Shown: positions 8,854-19,157 of the stretch, piece after piece
How the letters are laid out: every line of letters begins with the position of its first letter
Numbering within the stretch: position 1 is the stretch's first letter
Source of the DNA: a bacterium
Lineage (GTDB): Bacteria > Patescibacteriota > Minisyncoccia > Phycocordibacterales > Phycocordibacteraceae
NCBI GenBank assembly: GCA_021784815.1
Contig: JAJYHK010000001.1
Coordinates: 1 to 57,890, forward strand
Direction: 5' to 3'
DNA length: 57,890 bases
Notes under the pieces: model-generated
Databases searched by the model: none
The model's input: only the letters and a program-made list of their open reading frames with translations
Told to the model about the DNA's origin: nothing
Made by a program: the position numbers and the translations under genes

Positions 8854-9673
8854 AGGGCATCTCCCTTTTCCCCTCGGGGATGACGCGCTCGATGACGAAT
8901 AACCCCTTCTGAAGCGAGGCTTTCGTTATCTTCACTCGTTTGCCTTGAGAGGTGAAAAAATGCGTCCCGATCGTGTCGGCATACGCGCGGTACTTATTCC
9001 AATTTTCCTGTGCGCTTGCCGCGAGGTCGAGACAGCCATCCTCTTTCTTGAATTTGCGCGCGTGGATCGCTTGGGAAGGGTCCTGGGGGACGGGCGTTAA
9101 TAAGTCCTGTTCAAAGTCCGGGAGGGTCGTCACGAGGAGCTGCGCGCCGGCCTCGACAAGCCGCGGGCGCAACTCGCGCGCCGTATCATCGGGGTCGATC
9201 GCGCGGCGCGCCTGTGCGATGATGTCGCCAGCATCGAGCTCGCGAACCATCTTCTGAATAGTGACGCCTGTTTCCGTTTCTCCATTAAGGAGCGCGCTTT
9301 CCAAGGGCGTCGCGCCGCGATACTTCGGGAGAAGGGAATAGTGGACATTGAGCACGCCCAGCGGGAACGCGTCAATGAGCGCCTCGGGGAAAATTTTGCC
9401 GTACGCGACGACGACCGCATACGAAGCGCCGAGGGCGGAAATGGTTCCCTGCGTCTCTTCGTCGAGGAGCGCGGGCGTGAGCACTGGTAGATGATGCGCG
9501 TCCGCAAGCACACGCACAGGCGAGGGCTTCAGTGCCAGACCGCGGCCCTGGGGCGCATCGGGGTTCGTCACGATCGCGGTTGGCGTAAAGCCCGCGGCGA
9601 GGAGTGCGGCGAGGGTGCGCGCCGCAACTTCCGGCGTGCCGAAAAATACGAACGGCTTATGGGGCTGCTTCAT
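8837..9673 (-). CDS. fmt: Methionyl-tRNA formyltransferase
   Basis: VFFGTPEVAA N-terminus, NVHYSLLPKYRGATP motif, and a position downstream of def. Confidence 0.9.
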   Translation of the reverse strand: MKQPHKPFVFFGTPEVAARTLAALLAAGFTPTAIVTNPDAPQGRGLALKPSPVRVLADAHHLPVLTPALLDEETQGTISALGASYAVVVAYGKIFPEALIDAFPLGVLNVHYSLLPKYRGATPLESALLNGETETGVTIQKMVRELDAGDIIAQARRAIDPDDTARELRPRLVEAGAQLLVTTLPDFEQDLLTPVPQDPSQAIHARKFKKEDGCLDLAASAQENWNKYRAYADTIGTHFFTSQGKRVKITKASLQKGLFVIERVIPEGKREMPFTPQT

Positions 9674-10211
9674 GCTCGCTGGCCGGTAGCGTCGCTTCTA
9701 CGAGCTGCTCTGCGTGGTCAACGAAGAGGATACCGTTCAAGTGGTCGATTTCATGTTCAAAAATCTGCGCGAGGAGGCCGCCGCCGCCGCGTTCGAAACG
9801 GACGCCGTTCGGCTTGCGCGCACGCACGGTGACGCGCTCGTGGCGGTGCGTGGTGCCGTATACGCCGCGGACCGAGAGGCAGCCTTCGTCTGCTGCTACA
9901 CGGCGGCGGGAAGTCTTCACGATTTCCGGGTTTACATACACGTCCACCTGCGGTGGCGGAAGCGTTCGGGGTTCTTCCTCGTTTCCATCGACGACTGGCG
10001 CAGGAAGTGTCCGATCGGCGCGCACAATGAAAATGCGGTAGGGGATCGCGATTTGCGGCGCGGCGAGCGCGACGCCATCGGGCTCTTTGTCGAGCGCTCC
10101 GGCCATGTCGCGGAGGATCGCGCCAAGCTCGGGAGACCCAAAGAGTGCCTCGGGCACGGGCTTGGCGATATCGCGCAACACGGACGCGCCCTCTTGCACG
10201 ATTCTTTTCAT
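9657..10211 (-). CDS. def: Peptide deformylase
   Basis: EGCLSV and QIFEHEIDHLNG motifs. The start is set at the ATG at 10211, preceded by TATATT 7 nt upstream. The track start at 10232 is a TTG. Confidence 0.9.
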   Translation of the reverse strand: MKRIVQEGASVLRDIAKPVPEALFGSPELGAILRDMAGALDKEPDGVALAAPQIAIPYRIFIVRADRTLPAPVVDGNEEEPRTLPPPQVDVYVNPEIVKTSRRRVAADEGCLSVRGVYGTTHRHERVTVRARKPNGVRFERGGGGLLAQIFEHEIDHLNGILFVDHAEQLVEATLPASEHEAAP

Positions 10212-10335
10212 ATTGCCGAATATAGCAAACAACGCGCCGGTATCCTACTGCCGTACAAAAAGGGCCGGACCAGCACCGTGCTGATGGTAGCGTGCTCTCC
10301 CGGCAAATACGGGCCGCATCCGGGCCCACGCCCGT

Positions 10336-10656
10336 TTAAAATGGCTGGTCGTTCTCGGCGATATGCTTCTTTGGGTCAACCTCCCACCAGAACTTTTTAC
10401 TGAAATGTTTCGCTTTCGAACAGACGCTCTGGAGGTAATAAAGGTCTTCGGTCGGAATGCCCTCGAGTATTTTACCCATACGCGGCATGGTGATTGGCAG
10501 GCGGCCGTCCTTCGTGCGGGCGACGTTGAGGTGCCGGCAGAAAAACCGCATGAGCTCGCCGCGCTCGGTGAGTCGGTGTCGCCCCTTGGGCGCTTCGGCG
10601 CGGCGTCGCTCGAGCTCTTCCCGCAGTTTCTTTGCGCGGTCGCCGATCGATTCCAT
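10336..10656 (-). CDS. Hypothetical protein (106 aa)
   Basis: ORF preceded by TATACT 6 nt upstream of the ATG (leaderless-type promoter). Confidence 0.5.
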   Translation of the reverse strand: MESIGDRAKKLREELERRRAEAPKGRHRLTERGELMRFFCRHLNVARTKDGRLPITMPRMGKILEGIPTEDLYYLQSVCSKAKHFSKKFWWEVDPKKHIAENDQPF

Positions 10657-10694
10657 GTGCGCAGTATATCGAACCGGGAGCGAGCGAGCCGCGC

Positions 10695-12050
10695 TTAAGA
10701 GCGGACGCGATCGGCGTCGAGCACGAGGCTCATGACGTTTTCCGCCTGGATCTCGTCTATGGCGGCGCCGAGCGCGCGCAGGCGCGGCACGAGGTTCTCA
10801 TAACCGCGATTGATCGTGTAGACATTGCGGAGCATCGAACGGCCCTTTGCGGCGAGCATGGCAATAACGAGCATGGCGCCAATCCGCAAGACGCTCGGAC
10901 AGACGACCTCGGCGCTCTTGAAGCGGGTGGGTCCCTCGATCGAGATGCGGTGCGGGTCATGCAAGAACGTGCGTGCGCCGAGGCGCTCAAGCTCGGTGTA
11001 GTAAATAGCGCGCTTGTCGTAGACCCAGTCGTGGAGCATGGTCGTACCTTCCGCCTGTGTGGCAATAACCGCGAAGAAAGGGAGATTATCCATATTAAGG
11101 CCGGGATAGGGCCGCGGGTGGATCTTTTCCGGAAAAGCGACAAGCGCTGAAGGGTGTACGGTGATGTCGGCAAGGCGGGTCACGCCGTTTTCGGACCGGC
11201 CCGTCTCGGCGACGGCGATCTTGAGACCCATTTTTTCGAGCACCGCAAGCTCGAGCTCTAAAAAGGAAAGAGGCGCACGGTGCACCGTGATTTCCGAGCG
11301 GGTCGTTGCCGCAAGCGCAAGGAAGAACATGCTGTCTATCGGATCCTCGGCGACGCTGTAGACGACGTCCAAATCGATCGCGGGCTTGCCGCGGACCGTG
11401 AGCGTCGTGGTACCGACACCCTCGATCTCGACGCCGAGCGCCCTGAGAAAACCGCAGAGCTCCTGCACCATATAATTTGCGGAGGCATAGGTAATGACGC
11501 TTGTCCCCGGGAGGCGCGCGGCGGCAAGGAGCGCGTTTTCGGTTGCCGTATCTCCTGATTCAAGCAATACGACTTCCGCAGAGCGAAGTCCATTGTGCTC
11601 GACGTGGAAGCGATCGGTGAGCGCGTCAATGCGCACGCCGAATTTCTCGAGCGCCCAAAGATGCGGACGCACGGTGCGCGTGCCGAGCGTGCAGCCACCT
11701 GACTGGGGAATATCGAAGTGCGCGCGTTCATGGATGAGCGAACCGATAAAAAGGATAATGCTGCGCGTTTTCGCCGCGGCTTCCGCGTCGATGGTGTCGA
11801 GGGAAAGCGACTGAGGAGGCGTGATCGAAACCGCGGCATCGTGCCATATAACTATGGCGCCAATGGAGCGAAGCACGTCGATGAGCCGGTTCACCTCCTC
11901 GATGCGCGGCATGTTCTTCAGCGTAGTCGTTCCGCGATTGAGCAGGGTAGCGGCAAGGAGCGCAACGGCGCCATTCTTCGAACGGCTCGTGGTGACCTCT
12001 CCCCCAAGCGCCCGACCGCCTTCGATAATGAAATTGGTGCCGCTGTGCAT
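10695..12050 (-). CDS. murA: UDP-N-acetylglucosamine 1-carboxyvinyltransferase
   Basis: MHSGTNFIIEGGRALGGEVTTSRSKNGAVALL N-terminus typical of MurA. Length is 451 aa. The track ORF 10695..12776 is an upstream extension antisense to mreB. Confidence 0.9.
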   Translation of the reverse strand: MHSGTNFIIEGGRALGGEVTTSRSKNGAVALLAATLLNRGTTTLKNMPRIEEVNRLIDVLRSIGAIVIWHDAAVSITPPQSLSLDTIDAEAAAKTRSIILFIGSLIHERAHFDIPQSGGCTLGTRTVRPHLWALEKFGVRIDALTDRFHVEHNGLRSAEVVLLESGDTATENALLAAARLPGTSVITYASANYMVQELCGFLRALGVEIEGVGTTTLTVRGKPAIDLDVVYSVAEDPIDSMFFLALAATTRSEITVHRAPLSFLELELAVLEKMGLKIAVAETGRSENGVTRLADITVHPSALVAFPEKIHPRPYPGLNMDNLPFFAVIATQAEGTTMLHDWVYDKRAIYYTELERLGARTFLHDPHRISIEGPTRFKSAEVVCPSVLRIGAMLVIAMLAAKGRSMLRNVYTINRGYENLVPRLRALGAAIDEIQAENVMSLVLDADRVRS

Positions 12051-12125
12051 TTGAGACGATTTTACCACTTCCCCGGTGGCACTCTTTTGCGCAACCGTGA
12101 GCCCGTGCGGTATGATGCGCGAAAC

Positions 12126-13169
12126 ATGGCGCTGTTTTCCTCTAAATTCGGCATCGACCTGGGCACCACGAACGTACTCGTTTTTGTCCCGGGGAAGGGT
12201 GTAGTCATTAACGAGCCGTCGGTAGTCGCGGTCGGTAAAGAGCGGGAGAAAACGAAGAAGGGTAAGCCGCGCGGCGGCAACAAGATTCTCGCTATCGGTG
12301 TGGAAGCAAAAAAGATGATCGGGCGTACGCCCGACGACATTGTTGCGTACCGCCCCATGAAAGACGGCGTCATTGCCGACTACCGGGTGACCGAAGCCAT
12401 GCTGCGCTACTTCATGCGTAAGGCGCTCAAGCACAATCCCTTCAAGCCGACCGTCCTCATTTCCGTACCGGCGGGCGTGACGAGCACGGAGAAACGCGCC
12501 GTAATCGAGGCGGCTATGAAAGCGGGCGCAAAGAACGCATACGTGGTGAAGGAGCCGATCCTCGCCGCGATCGGCGCGGGTATCCCGATCCACGAGCCCA
12601 TGGGCCGCATGATTGTCGATATCGGCGGGGGCACCATCGACGTCGCGGTGATTTCGCTTGGTGGCATCGTCGCCTCGACGAGCGTGAAGTGCGCGGGCGA
12701 TCGGCTCGATCGTGCGGTCGTGGACTATGTAAAGCGGCAATTCAACCTCGCCATCGGCGACAAAACTGCGGAGCATATCAAAATTGAAATCGGTGCTGCA
12801 GTGCCGCTCGGCGAAGAGCTCTCGATTTCCGTCAAGGGGCGCGACCTCGTGTCGGGGCTTCCGCGAACCATCGAGCTTTCAACCAACGACATCGTGCAAG
12901 CGATGGCGCGCGAGTTGCGCGAGATGACCCAGGCGATCCGCAAGGTGCTCCAGGAGACACCGCCCGAGCTCGCTGCCGATATCATCGACAATGGCATCAT
13001 GCTCACGGGTGGATCGTCGCAGCTGCGCCAAATGCCGGAACTCGTCTACCGTCGCACTGGCGTGATTGCCAAGCTCGCCAACGACCCGTATTTCTGCGTC
13101 GCGCGCGGCACGGGCGTTGCGCTCAAGCACCTGGATACGTACCAGAAGAGCATTATCGCGAAGAAGTAG
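12126..13169 (+). CDS. mreB: Rod shape-determining protein MreB (copy 1)
   Basis: FGIDLGTTNVLVFV, DIGGGTIDVAV and GIMLTGGSSQL actin-fold motifs. TATGAT lies 9 nt upstream of the ATG. Confidence 0.9.
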   Translation: MALFSSKFGIDLGTTNVLVFVPGKGVVINEPSVVAVGKEREKTKKGKPRGGNKILAIGVEAKKMIGRTPDDIVAYRPMKDGVIADYRVTEAMLRYFMRKALKHNPFKPTVLISVPAGVTSTEKRAVIEAAMKAGAKNAYVVKEPILAAIGAGIPIHEPMGRMIVDIGGGTIDVAVISLGGIVASTSVKCAGDRLDRAVVDYVKRQFNLAIGDKTAEHIKIEIGAAVPLGEELSISVKGRDLVSGLPRTIELSTNDIVQAMARELREMTQAIRKVLQETPPELAADIIDNGIMLTGGSSQLRQMPELVYRRTGVIAKLANDPYFCVARGTGVALKHLDTYQKSIIAKK

Positions 13170-13244
13170 GCTCGGGGAAGGCTGCGGCCTTTTTCGTCGT
13201 CGCTATGCATGCTTGCTGCGTCGCAAAACGGGTATACTGCTCGC

Positions 13245-13928
13245 ATGGCCCACGCTTTTGTGATCGAGGCGCCGAGGGAGGAAGGTGTTGCGGCGGCGCT
13301 TGCGCATATTGAGCGTGCGTACGGCTTGGCGGCGCATGATCCCGATGTAACGGTGCTCAGGTACGGGTTACTGTCTGTGGAGGATGCGCGGGATGTTGCG
13401 AACGTGGCGGCGCGCGCGCCCTTGGGCGCGCGCGGCACCGCGATCGTGCTTGCGGCTGATCGCGCGTACCATGAGGCGCAGAATGCCCTGCTGAAACTCT
13501 TTGAGGAACCACCCCCGGGCGCACACCTCTTTTTGACGCTGCCGAGCTTGGGGGGCTTGCTGCCGACCCTGCGTTCGCGCGTACAGGTGTTGTCGAGAGA
13601 GGACGAAGTGCATAGCGCCACACATGGGCAAATCGCGCCCGGCGCGGAGGAATTTTTGCAAGCGAAAAAAGAGAAGCGCAGCGCACTTATTAAAAAACTC
13701 GCGATCGGCAAAAATGACGATGAGCGCCGCGCGCATCGCGCGGAGGCAATCGCGATCATAAATGGCATCGAGGTGATCGCGTACGAGCGGTTCAAGAAAG
13801 GGGAGAACTGGGCCACGGAGCTGCTTTCGGATATTGCGACCGCGCGTGGATACCTGTACGACCGCAGCGCGCCCGTGCGGCTCATCCTTGAGCATGTGTC
13901 GCTCGCAGTCGATGCGGCGTGTTTGTAA
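13245..13928 (+). CDS. holB: DNA polymerase III delta-prime-like subunit
   Basis: HAFVIEAP, AQNALLKLFEEPPPGAHLFL and LPTLRSRVQ motifs. The P-loop is degenerate, as is typical for delta-prime. Confidence 0.75.
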   Translation: MAHAFVIEAPREEGVAAALAHIERAYGLAAHDPDVTVLRYGLLSVEDARDVANVAARAPLGARGTAIVLAADRAYHEAQNALLKLFEEPPPGAHLFLTLPSLGGLLPTLRSRVQVLSREDEVHSATHGQIAPGAEEFLQAKKEKRSALIKKLAIGKNDDERRAHRAEAIAIINGIEVIAYERFKKGENWATELLSDIATARGYLYDRSAPVRLILEHVSLAVDAACL

Positions 13929-14010
13929 CGCGAAGCCGCGGCTGGGCGGTTCCTAGTAGTGAAACCACGCGGTTCTTTATTCTTGGTTTTTTATTTTGTA
14001 TTCTTCGACC

Positions 14011-14562
14011 ATGGCATACGACTTTTCTAAACTCGATGGGCAGATACAGGAAACGCGCGAATGGCTTCAGCGGGAACTCTCTGGCGTGCGTACTGGCCGT
14101 GCTGCGCCAGCCATTCTTGATTCCGTGCGTGCGGAGGTCTACGGCGCGCGTACGCCGCTGCGCGAAGTGGCGAACATTTCGATTGAAGACGCGCGGACGC
14201 TGCGTGTCGCGCCGTGGGACGCTTCGACCATTAGGGCGGTAGAGAAGGGAATCGTCGACGCGGATTTGGGCGTCGGCGTCTCGGTTGATGACCGGGGCGT
14301 ACGCGTGCTTTTCCCCGAACTTACGAGCGAGCGCCGCACGCAGCTGCTCAAGATCGCCAGCGAGCGCACCGAGCAAGCCCGCGTGACGCTGCGCGGCCAT
14401 CGTACCGAGGCGATCAAAGAGCTCGAATCGGCCGAGAAAGACGGCGGCATGGGGAAAGACGAAGTGGTGCGTCTCAAGGGCGAGATTCAGAAGCATATCG
14501 ATGCGGGCAACGAATCGCTCGCGGAACTCCTTAAAAAGAAAGAGACGGAGATTTCGCAATAA
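14011..14562 (+). CDS. frr: Ribosome recycling factor
   Basis: RTGRAAPAILD..V.VYGA..PL and ERRTQLLKIA patterns. Length is 183 aa. Confidence 0.9.
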   Translation: MAYDFSKLDGQIQETREWLQRELSGVRTGRAAPAILDSVRAEVYGARTPLREVANISIEDARTLRVAPWDASTIRAVEKGIVDADLGVGVSVDDRGVRVLFPELTSERRTQLLKIASERTEQARVTLRGHRTEAIKELESAEKDGGMGKDEVVRLKGEIQKHIDAGNESLAELLKKKETEISQ

Positions 14563-14605
14563 TCTTCATCGCTCTTTCGCGCTGCGCCTGTAGTACACTG
14601 CACGC

Positions 14606-15736
14606 ATGCTTTCGCTTTTAGTAGTGCTCGAACAGATAGTCATAATCCTTGCGGCGCTTTGTGCGCTTATCCTCGTGCACGAGTTCGGGCATTTTGTCGT
14701 CGCCAAGCTTTCAAAAATGCGCGTGGATGAATTTGGACTTGGCTTTCCGCCACGCGCCCTCACGCTCGGGAAAATCGGCGAGACAACGTACACCCTCAAC
14801 TGGCTCCCGCTCGGCGGCTTCGTCAAGATTCACGGCGAAGATGGGAGCGACGTCGAGGATCCGCGCTCTTTTGCGGCGCGGCCGCGCGTGCTTCAAGGGC
14901 TCGTGCTCATAGCGGGCATCGCTATGAACCTGCTGTTTGCCTACGTGCTCATCGCCGGCGCGCTCGTGGTAGGGACGCCGCGTGCGCTCACACAGGGTGA
15001 GGCGGCCAGGGCGCGCCATCTCCATGTAGCCGTTGCCTCGGTGCTGCCAAACTCCCCAGCCGCGCAGGCCGGCTTAGAGCCGGGCGACGAGATTCTTTTG
15101 GCACGTGATGCGCGGGGCACCTGGGCAGCGACGAGTACCGCAAGCTTCTCGAGCTATGTGGCGGAGAGTCATGGGACTCCGATCAGCCTCGTGCTCGCGG
15201 AGGCGACCGGCGGTACGGGATACGCGACGGCGACGCCGGTTTCTGGTCTCTTCAAGAGCGATCCTTCTCGGTACGTGCTCGGCGTCGAAATCATGACGGT
15301 CGGCGTGGCGCCGGTGCCGCTCATTCCTGCGCTCAAAGAGGCAGGCACACTCACCTGGGGGGTTATCTCGCTCACCGCAACGAGCTTCGTACACCTCTTC
15401 GTGCAGCCGAGCCTCAAGCAGGTGCGCGGACCGATCGGCATTGTGGCCTATGCGGCGACGGGCGGCATCTCGAGTCTTGGCACCGGCATCGCCTTTGTTG
15501 CGGAGATCTCCATCGGGCTCGCGCTGCTCAATCTCGTACCGATCCCGGCGCTCGACGGCGGTCGGTTACTCATTGTCATCGTCGAGGGGCTCACACGCAG
15601 GCGCGTGAGCCCGAACCTGCTACAGACGATTGTCGGATTTGCCTTCATGGCGCTCATATTGCTCGTTGTCGTCGTCTCCGCACACGATATCGAGCGCCTC
15701 TGGGTAGCTAATCATCTGTCGTCTCTGTCGCTCTAG
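14606..15736 (+). CDS. rseP: Site-2 (RIP) zinc metalloprotease RseP-like
   Basis: HEFGHFVVAK HExxH motif in TM1, a central PDZ-like region and a C-terminal NLVPIPALDGG motif. Confidence 0.85.
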   Translation: MLSLLVVLEQIVIILAALCALILVHEFGHFVVAKLSKMRVDEFGLGFPPRALTLGKIGETTYTLNWLPLGGFVKIHGEDGSDVEDPRSFAARPRVLQGLVLIAGIAMNLLFAYVLIAGALVVGTPRALTQGEAARARHLHVAVASVLPNSPAAQAGLEPGDEILLARDARGTWAATSTASFSSYVAESHGTPISLVLAEATGGTGYATATPVSGLFKSDPSRYVLGVEIMTVGVAPVPLIPALKEAGTLTWGVISLTATSFVHLFVQPSLKQVRGPIGIVAYAATGGISSLGTGIAFVAEISIGLALLNLVPIPALDGGRLLIVIVEGLTRRRVSPNLLQTIVGFAFMALILLVVVVSAHDIERLWVANHLSSLSL

Positions 15737-15805
15737 GCGGCACGGCCAGGCGCCTCAATACTGAGTTTTGCGCTTCCAAGGCGCGCAGCTTATACTGAGC
15801 GAGCC

Positions 15806-17059
15806 ATGAAGCAGTCACAGCTCTTCGCGAAAGCCCGTCGTGAAGCACCGGCGGATGAAGTCTCTAAAAACGCGCAGCTCCTCATCCGCGCCGGGTACGT
15901 CCACAAAGAAATGGCGGGCGTGTATTCGTATCTGCCTCTCGGCAAGCGCGTGCTTGAGAAGATTGAGCGTATCGTGCGCGAAGAGATGGACGCCATCGGC
16001 GGCCAAGAGATCCGTATGGCCACGCTCCATCCAAGCGAGCCGTGGAAGCAGACCGGTGCATGGGACAAGGTCGATGTGGTGTTCAAGATCAACAGTCGCA
16101 CGGAAAAGGAATATACCATTGGTCAGAGCGAGGAGGAAATCGTGACGCCGATAGCCCAGGAGTACGTGAACTCGTATCGCGATTTGCCGCTCGCCGTGTA
16201 CCAGATCGGTCAGAAGTACCGCGACGAGCTGCGCGCGAAGAGCGGCATCATGCGGGGCCGAGAGTTCACCATGAAGGACATGTATTCCTTTCATGAGACG
16301 CAGGAAGACTTCGATCGTTTTTACGAAGGAGCAAAGCAGGCGTACCTGAGAGTGTACAGACGCGTCGGGCTCGTTGCTAAAGCAACCGAGGCGTCGGGAG
16401 GGTCGTTCACCAACAAGCTTTCATACGAGTTCATGGTGCTTACCGACGCGGGCGAGGACGATATTCTGTACTGCAGCGAATGCCCGTATTGCGTCAACGT
16501 CGAGATCAGCGACCAGAAGGAGGGCGACGCGTGCACGCGGTGCGGCAAGGGTACGCTCAGCCGCGCGAAGGCGTCGGAGGTGGGCAATATCTTCGATCTC
16601 GGCACGAAGTATCCGACGGACTTTTCCTTTACGTACAAGGACCGCGCGGGAAAGGACCAAAAGCCGATCATGGGATGCTTTGGTATCGGAATTACGCGGC
16701 TCATGGGCGTCGTCGTCGAGACGTTTGCGGATGATAAAGGCATCGTGTGGCCGGAGGGCGTGGCTCCCTTTGCGGCGCACCTCGTGTCGCTTGGGAAGCC
16801 AAGCGATGATGTGAGTAAGCTCGCCAGCGGGTTCTACACCGAGCTTTTGGAGAAAGGGATCGAGGTGCTCTATGACGACCGCGACCTGCGGCCCGGGGAG
16901 AAATTCGCTGAGAGCGATCTCCTGGGCATTCCTAAGCGCATCGTTGTTGGCAAGGACGCGACGGGCAGCGGGGTATTCGAACTGGTCGACCGCAAAACGG
17001 GCACAGTCGAAAAGATTGAGCGAGACGAACTCATAGCCCGCTTCGCACGCCATGGCTAG
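15806..17059 (+). CDS. proS: Prolyl-tRNA synthetase (short form without the INS editing domain)
   Basis: Class II motif 2 context RAKSGIMRGREFTMKDMYSFH. Cys-cluster insertion CSECPYC...CTRCGKG. Anticodon-binding C-terminus. Confidence 0.85.
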   Translation: MKQSQLFAKARREAPADEVSKNAQLLIRAGYVHKEMAGVYSYLPLGKRVLEKIERIVREEMDAIGGQEIRMATLHPSEPWKQTGAWDKVDVVFKINSRTEKEYTIGQSEEEIVTPIAQEYVNSYRDLPLAVYQIGQKYRDELRAKSGIMRGREFTMKDMYSFHETQEDFDRFYEGAKQAYLRVYRRVGLVAKATEASGGSFTNKLSYEFMVLTDAGEDDILYCSECPYCVNVEISDQKEGDACTRCGKGTLSRAKASEVGNIFDLGTKYPTDFSFTYKDRAGKDQKPIMGCFGIGITRLMGVVVETFADDKGIVWPEGVAPFAAHLVSLGKPSDDVSKLASGFYTELLEKGIEVLYDDRDLRPGEKFAESDLLGIPKRIVVGKDATGSGVFELVDRKTGTVEKIERDELIARFARHG

Positions 17060-18104
17060 ATTCTCGAGAAGCTCGCTCTTTTCGAGCGACATCGGCATTG
17101 ACCTCGGCACGAGTAATACGCTCGTGTATGTACGCGGGCGCGGTATCGTGCTCAATGAACCTTCGGTCGTTGCGGTGAACGATAAGACGGGTCAGGTCGT
17201 TGCGGTGGGGAAGGAGGCTAAGGCGATGCTCGGCAAAACGCCGCCCCATATCCGTGCCGTGCGACCGCTGTCGCACGGCGTCATTAGCGATTTCGAGGTT
17301 ACCGAGGAGCTTCTGACCTACCTTATCCGCAAGGCGGACAACGGCCGCATGCGGCTCTTCGGCCCGCGCGTTGTCGTTGGCGTTCCAACGGGCGTCACGA
17401 ACGTTCAGAGCCGCGCGGTGCGCGATGCGGCACTCAACGCCGGTGCCCGCGAGGCGATCATTCTCGAGGAACCGGTCGCGGGAGCGATTGGGGCAAAGTT
17501 GCCGGTAGCTGAAGCGTTTGGCACGATGGTACTCGATATCGGCGGCGGTACGACCGACATTGCTGTGATTGCGCTCAAGGGGACCGTTGCCGCAAAGAGT
17601 TCGCAGGTTGCGGGCGATCGTTTCAACGATAACGTCATTGATTTCGTGCGGAGCGAATTTAAGCTCGGTATCGGCGAGCGCACCGCGGAGGAAGTGAAGA
17701 TAGCGATAGGGTCAGTCGTGCCGCTTGAGGAGCCGCTCTCGCATAGCGTGCGCGGGCGCGACCTTGCGACCGGGCTCCCGCGCGAGATCGTGCTGACCGA
17801 CGGCCATGTGCGCGAAGCGCTTGCGCCGTCGCTTGATGCGCTCATGGACGCAATGAAGGAAGTCATCGAATCGACGCCGCCCGAGCTACTTTCGGACGTG
17901 CTCGAACGAGGGGTAACCGTCTTTGGCGGTGGTGCGCTCCTGCGCGGGCTCCCGCAGCTCTTGGCGAAAATGCTCGGCGTGCCCGTCGCGGTCGCGTCCG
18001 AACCGCTCACGGCGGTCGTCCGCGGTGCAGGCATCGTCACCGAGTCGCCCGCGCCGTATGCGGATTTTTTCATAAATGAGGAAGACCTACTTAGCGAGAC
18101 GTAA
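17052..18104 (+). CDS. mreB: Rod shape-determining protein MreB (copy 2, heads mreBCD-pbp2)
   Basis: IGIDLGTSNTLVYV, DIGGGTTDIAV and VTVFGGGALLRG motifs. Confidence 0.9.
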   Translation: MARFSRSSLFSSDIGIDLGTSNTLVYVRGRGIVLNEPSVVAVNDKTGQVVAVGKEAKAMLGKTPPHIRAVRPLSHGVISDFEVTEELLTYLIRKADNGRMRLFGPRVVVGVPTGVTNVQSRAVRDAALNAGAREAIILEEPVAGAIGAKLPVAEAFGTMVLDIGGGTTDIAVIALKGTVAAKSSQVAGDRFNDNVIDFVRSEFKLGIGERTAEEVKIAIGSVVPLEEPLSHSVRGRDLATGLPREIVLTDGHVREALAPSLDALMDAMKEVIESTPPELLSDVLERGVTVFGGGALLRGLPQLLAKMLGVPVAVASEPLTAVVRGAGIVTESPAPYADFFINEEDLLSET

Positions 18105-18909
18105 TGCGCTCCTGTCGCGCACGCGTTTTACCTGGGGCGCTTCCGCGCTTTTGTTCGCGCTTTTTGCGGTCGCACTGCGAGTAGCCGCGCCTAACGTGTT
18201 TTTCGCTGCGGTTGCGCCGCTTGAGCGTTCGGCTGCTGCGGCAACGCGTTCGGTGCGCGCGGCTATGCCCCGGAGTGCTGCCGGTCTCCTCGCACAGAAC
18301 GATGTGCTCGTGCGCGAGAACGCGGCGCTCGCTGCGGAGAACCGAGCGCTCGTTCAGAAGAGTGTCGATCTGCTTGCGCTTCTCGACGCAACGTCGTCAG
18401 CGCCGACGGTGCCCGGTATCGTGGCGGGCGTGCTCGCGGCGCCGCCCGAAGACCCGTACGGATCGCTCATGCTCGCCGTGGGATCGCGCTCGGGTGTGTC
18501 GGAGGGTATGGAGGTATTCGGCGATAAGGATATTCCGGTTGGCACGGTGACGACGGTGCTCGCGGCACAATCCCGGGTCGCACTCTTCTCCGCACCCGGG
18601 CAAAAAATGAACGCGTGGGTAGGGCAGCAGCAGTTGCCGATCGTGCTTGTGGGGGCTGGAGGGGGAGCCTTTTCTGCTTCGATCCCGTCGACCGCAAGCG
18701 TCGCGATCGGCGATGCAGTCTACGTGCCAGGACCAGGCGCGCTGCCGATCGGTCAGGTGACGCGCGTTGATCGCAGCCCGTCCTCGCCGAGCGCCGAGCT
18801 GCGCATTGCGCCGGCAGCGAATCCGTTCGCCCTCGCGTGGGTGGTACTGCGTCCAGGAACGCAAGTTCTTCAGAGCGCGCTCTCATGTGCGACGACGACA
18901 CGGCCATGA
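18076..18909 (+). CDS. mreC: Rod shape-determining protein MreC
   Basis: N-terminal TM segment, a coiled LVRENAALAAENRAL segment and a beta-rich C-terminus. Positioned after mreB. Confidence 0.75.
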   Translation: MRKTYLARRNALLSRTRFTWGASALLFALFAVALRVAAPNVFFAAVAPLERSAAAATRSVRAAMPRSAAGLLAQNDVLVRENAALAAENRALVQKSVDLLALLDATSSAPTVPGIVAGVLAAPPEDPYGSLMLAVGSRSGVSEGMEVFGDKDIPVGTVTTVLAAQSRVALFSAPGQKMNAWVGQQQLPIVLVGAGGGAFSASIPSTASVAIGDAVYVPGPGALPIGQVTRVDRSPSSPSAELRIAPAANPFALAWVVLRPGTQVLQSALSCATTTRP

Positions 18910-19157
18910 TTCGGGGTGTACTAACGATATTCGCGCTCGTCGCTGTCATCGCGCTTCCCTGGCAACTCGCAGCCGTTCTTGCGCTCCTCGCTGGCACGCT
19001 GGTGCCGCCCGTGCCTCTTGCATGCGGTCTTCTTGCTGAAGCGCTCTATTGGGCGCCGAATATCTCGGCGGTGCCCGTGTTCGCGCTCTCGGGAGCGATT
19101 GCGACGTCCGGGCTCTATATCGTGCGCGGACGAATCAAAGCGAGTATCATCGAGTAA
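18906..19157 (+). CDS. mreD: MreD-like small membrane protein
   Basis: ATGA overlap with mreC. Hydrophobic 83-aa protein located between mreC and pbp2. Confidence 0.55.
   Translation: MIRGVLTIFALVAVIALPWQLAAVLALLAGTLVPPVPLACGLLAEALYWAPNISAVPVFALSGAIATSGLYIVRGRIKASIIE

Noticed and set aside
10695-12776. A 693-aa ORF in the track suggests a giant MurA-containing protein. Similar upstream-extended ORFs are 11718..13169, 30789..32405, 34276..35352, 44248..45549, 45395..46597, 42873..44306 and 40350..41099.
   Set aside because: In each case the recognisable protein begins at an internal ATG preceded by a -10-like hexamer. The upstream extensions are Arg/Ala/His-rich, overlap a well-supported gene on the other strand, and are typical open-frame artefacts of high-GC DNA.
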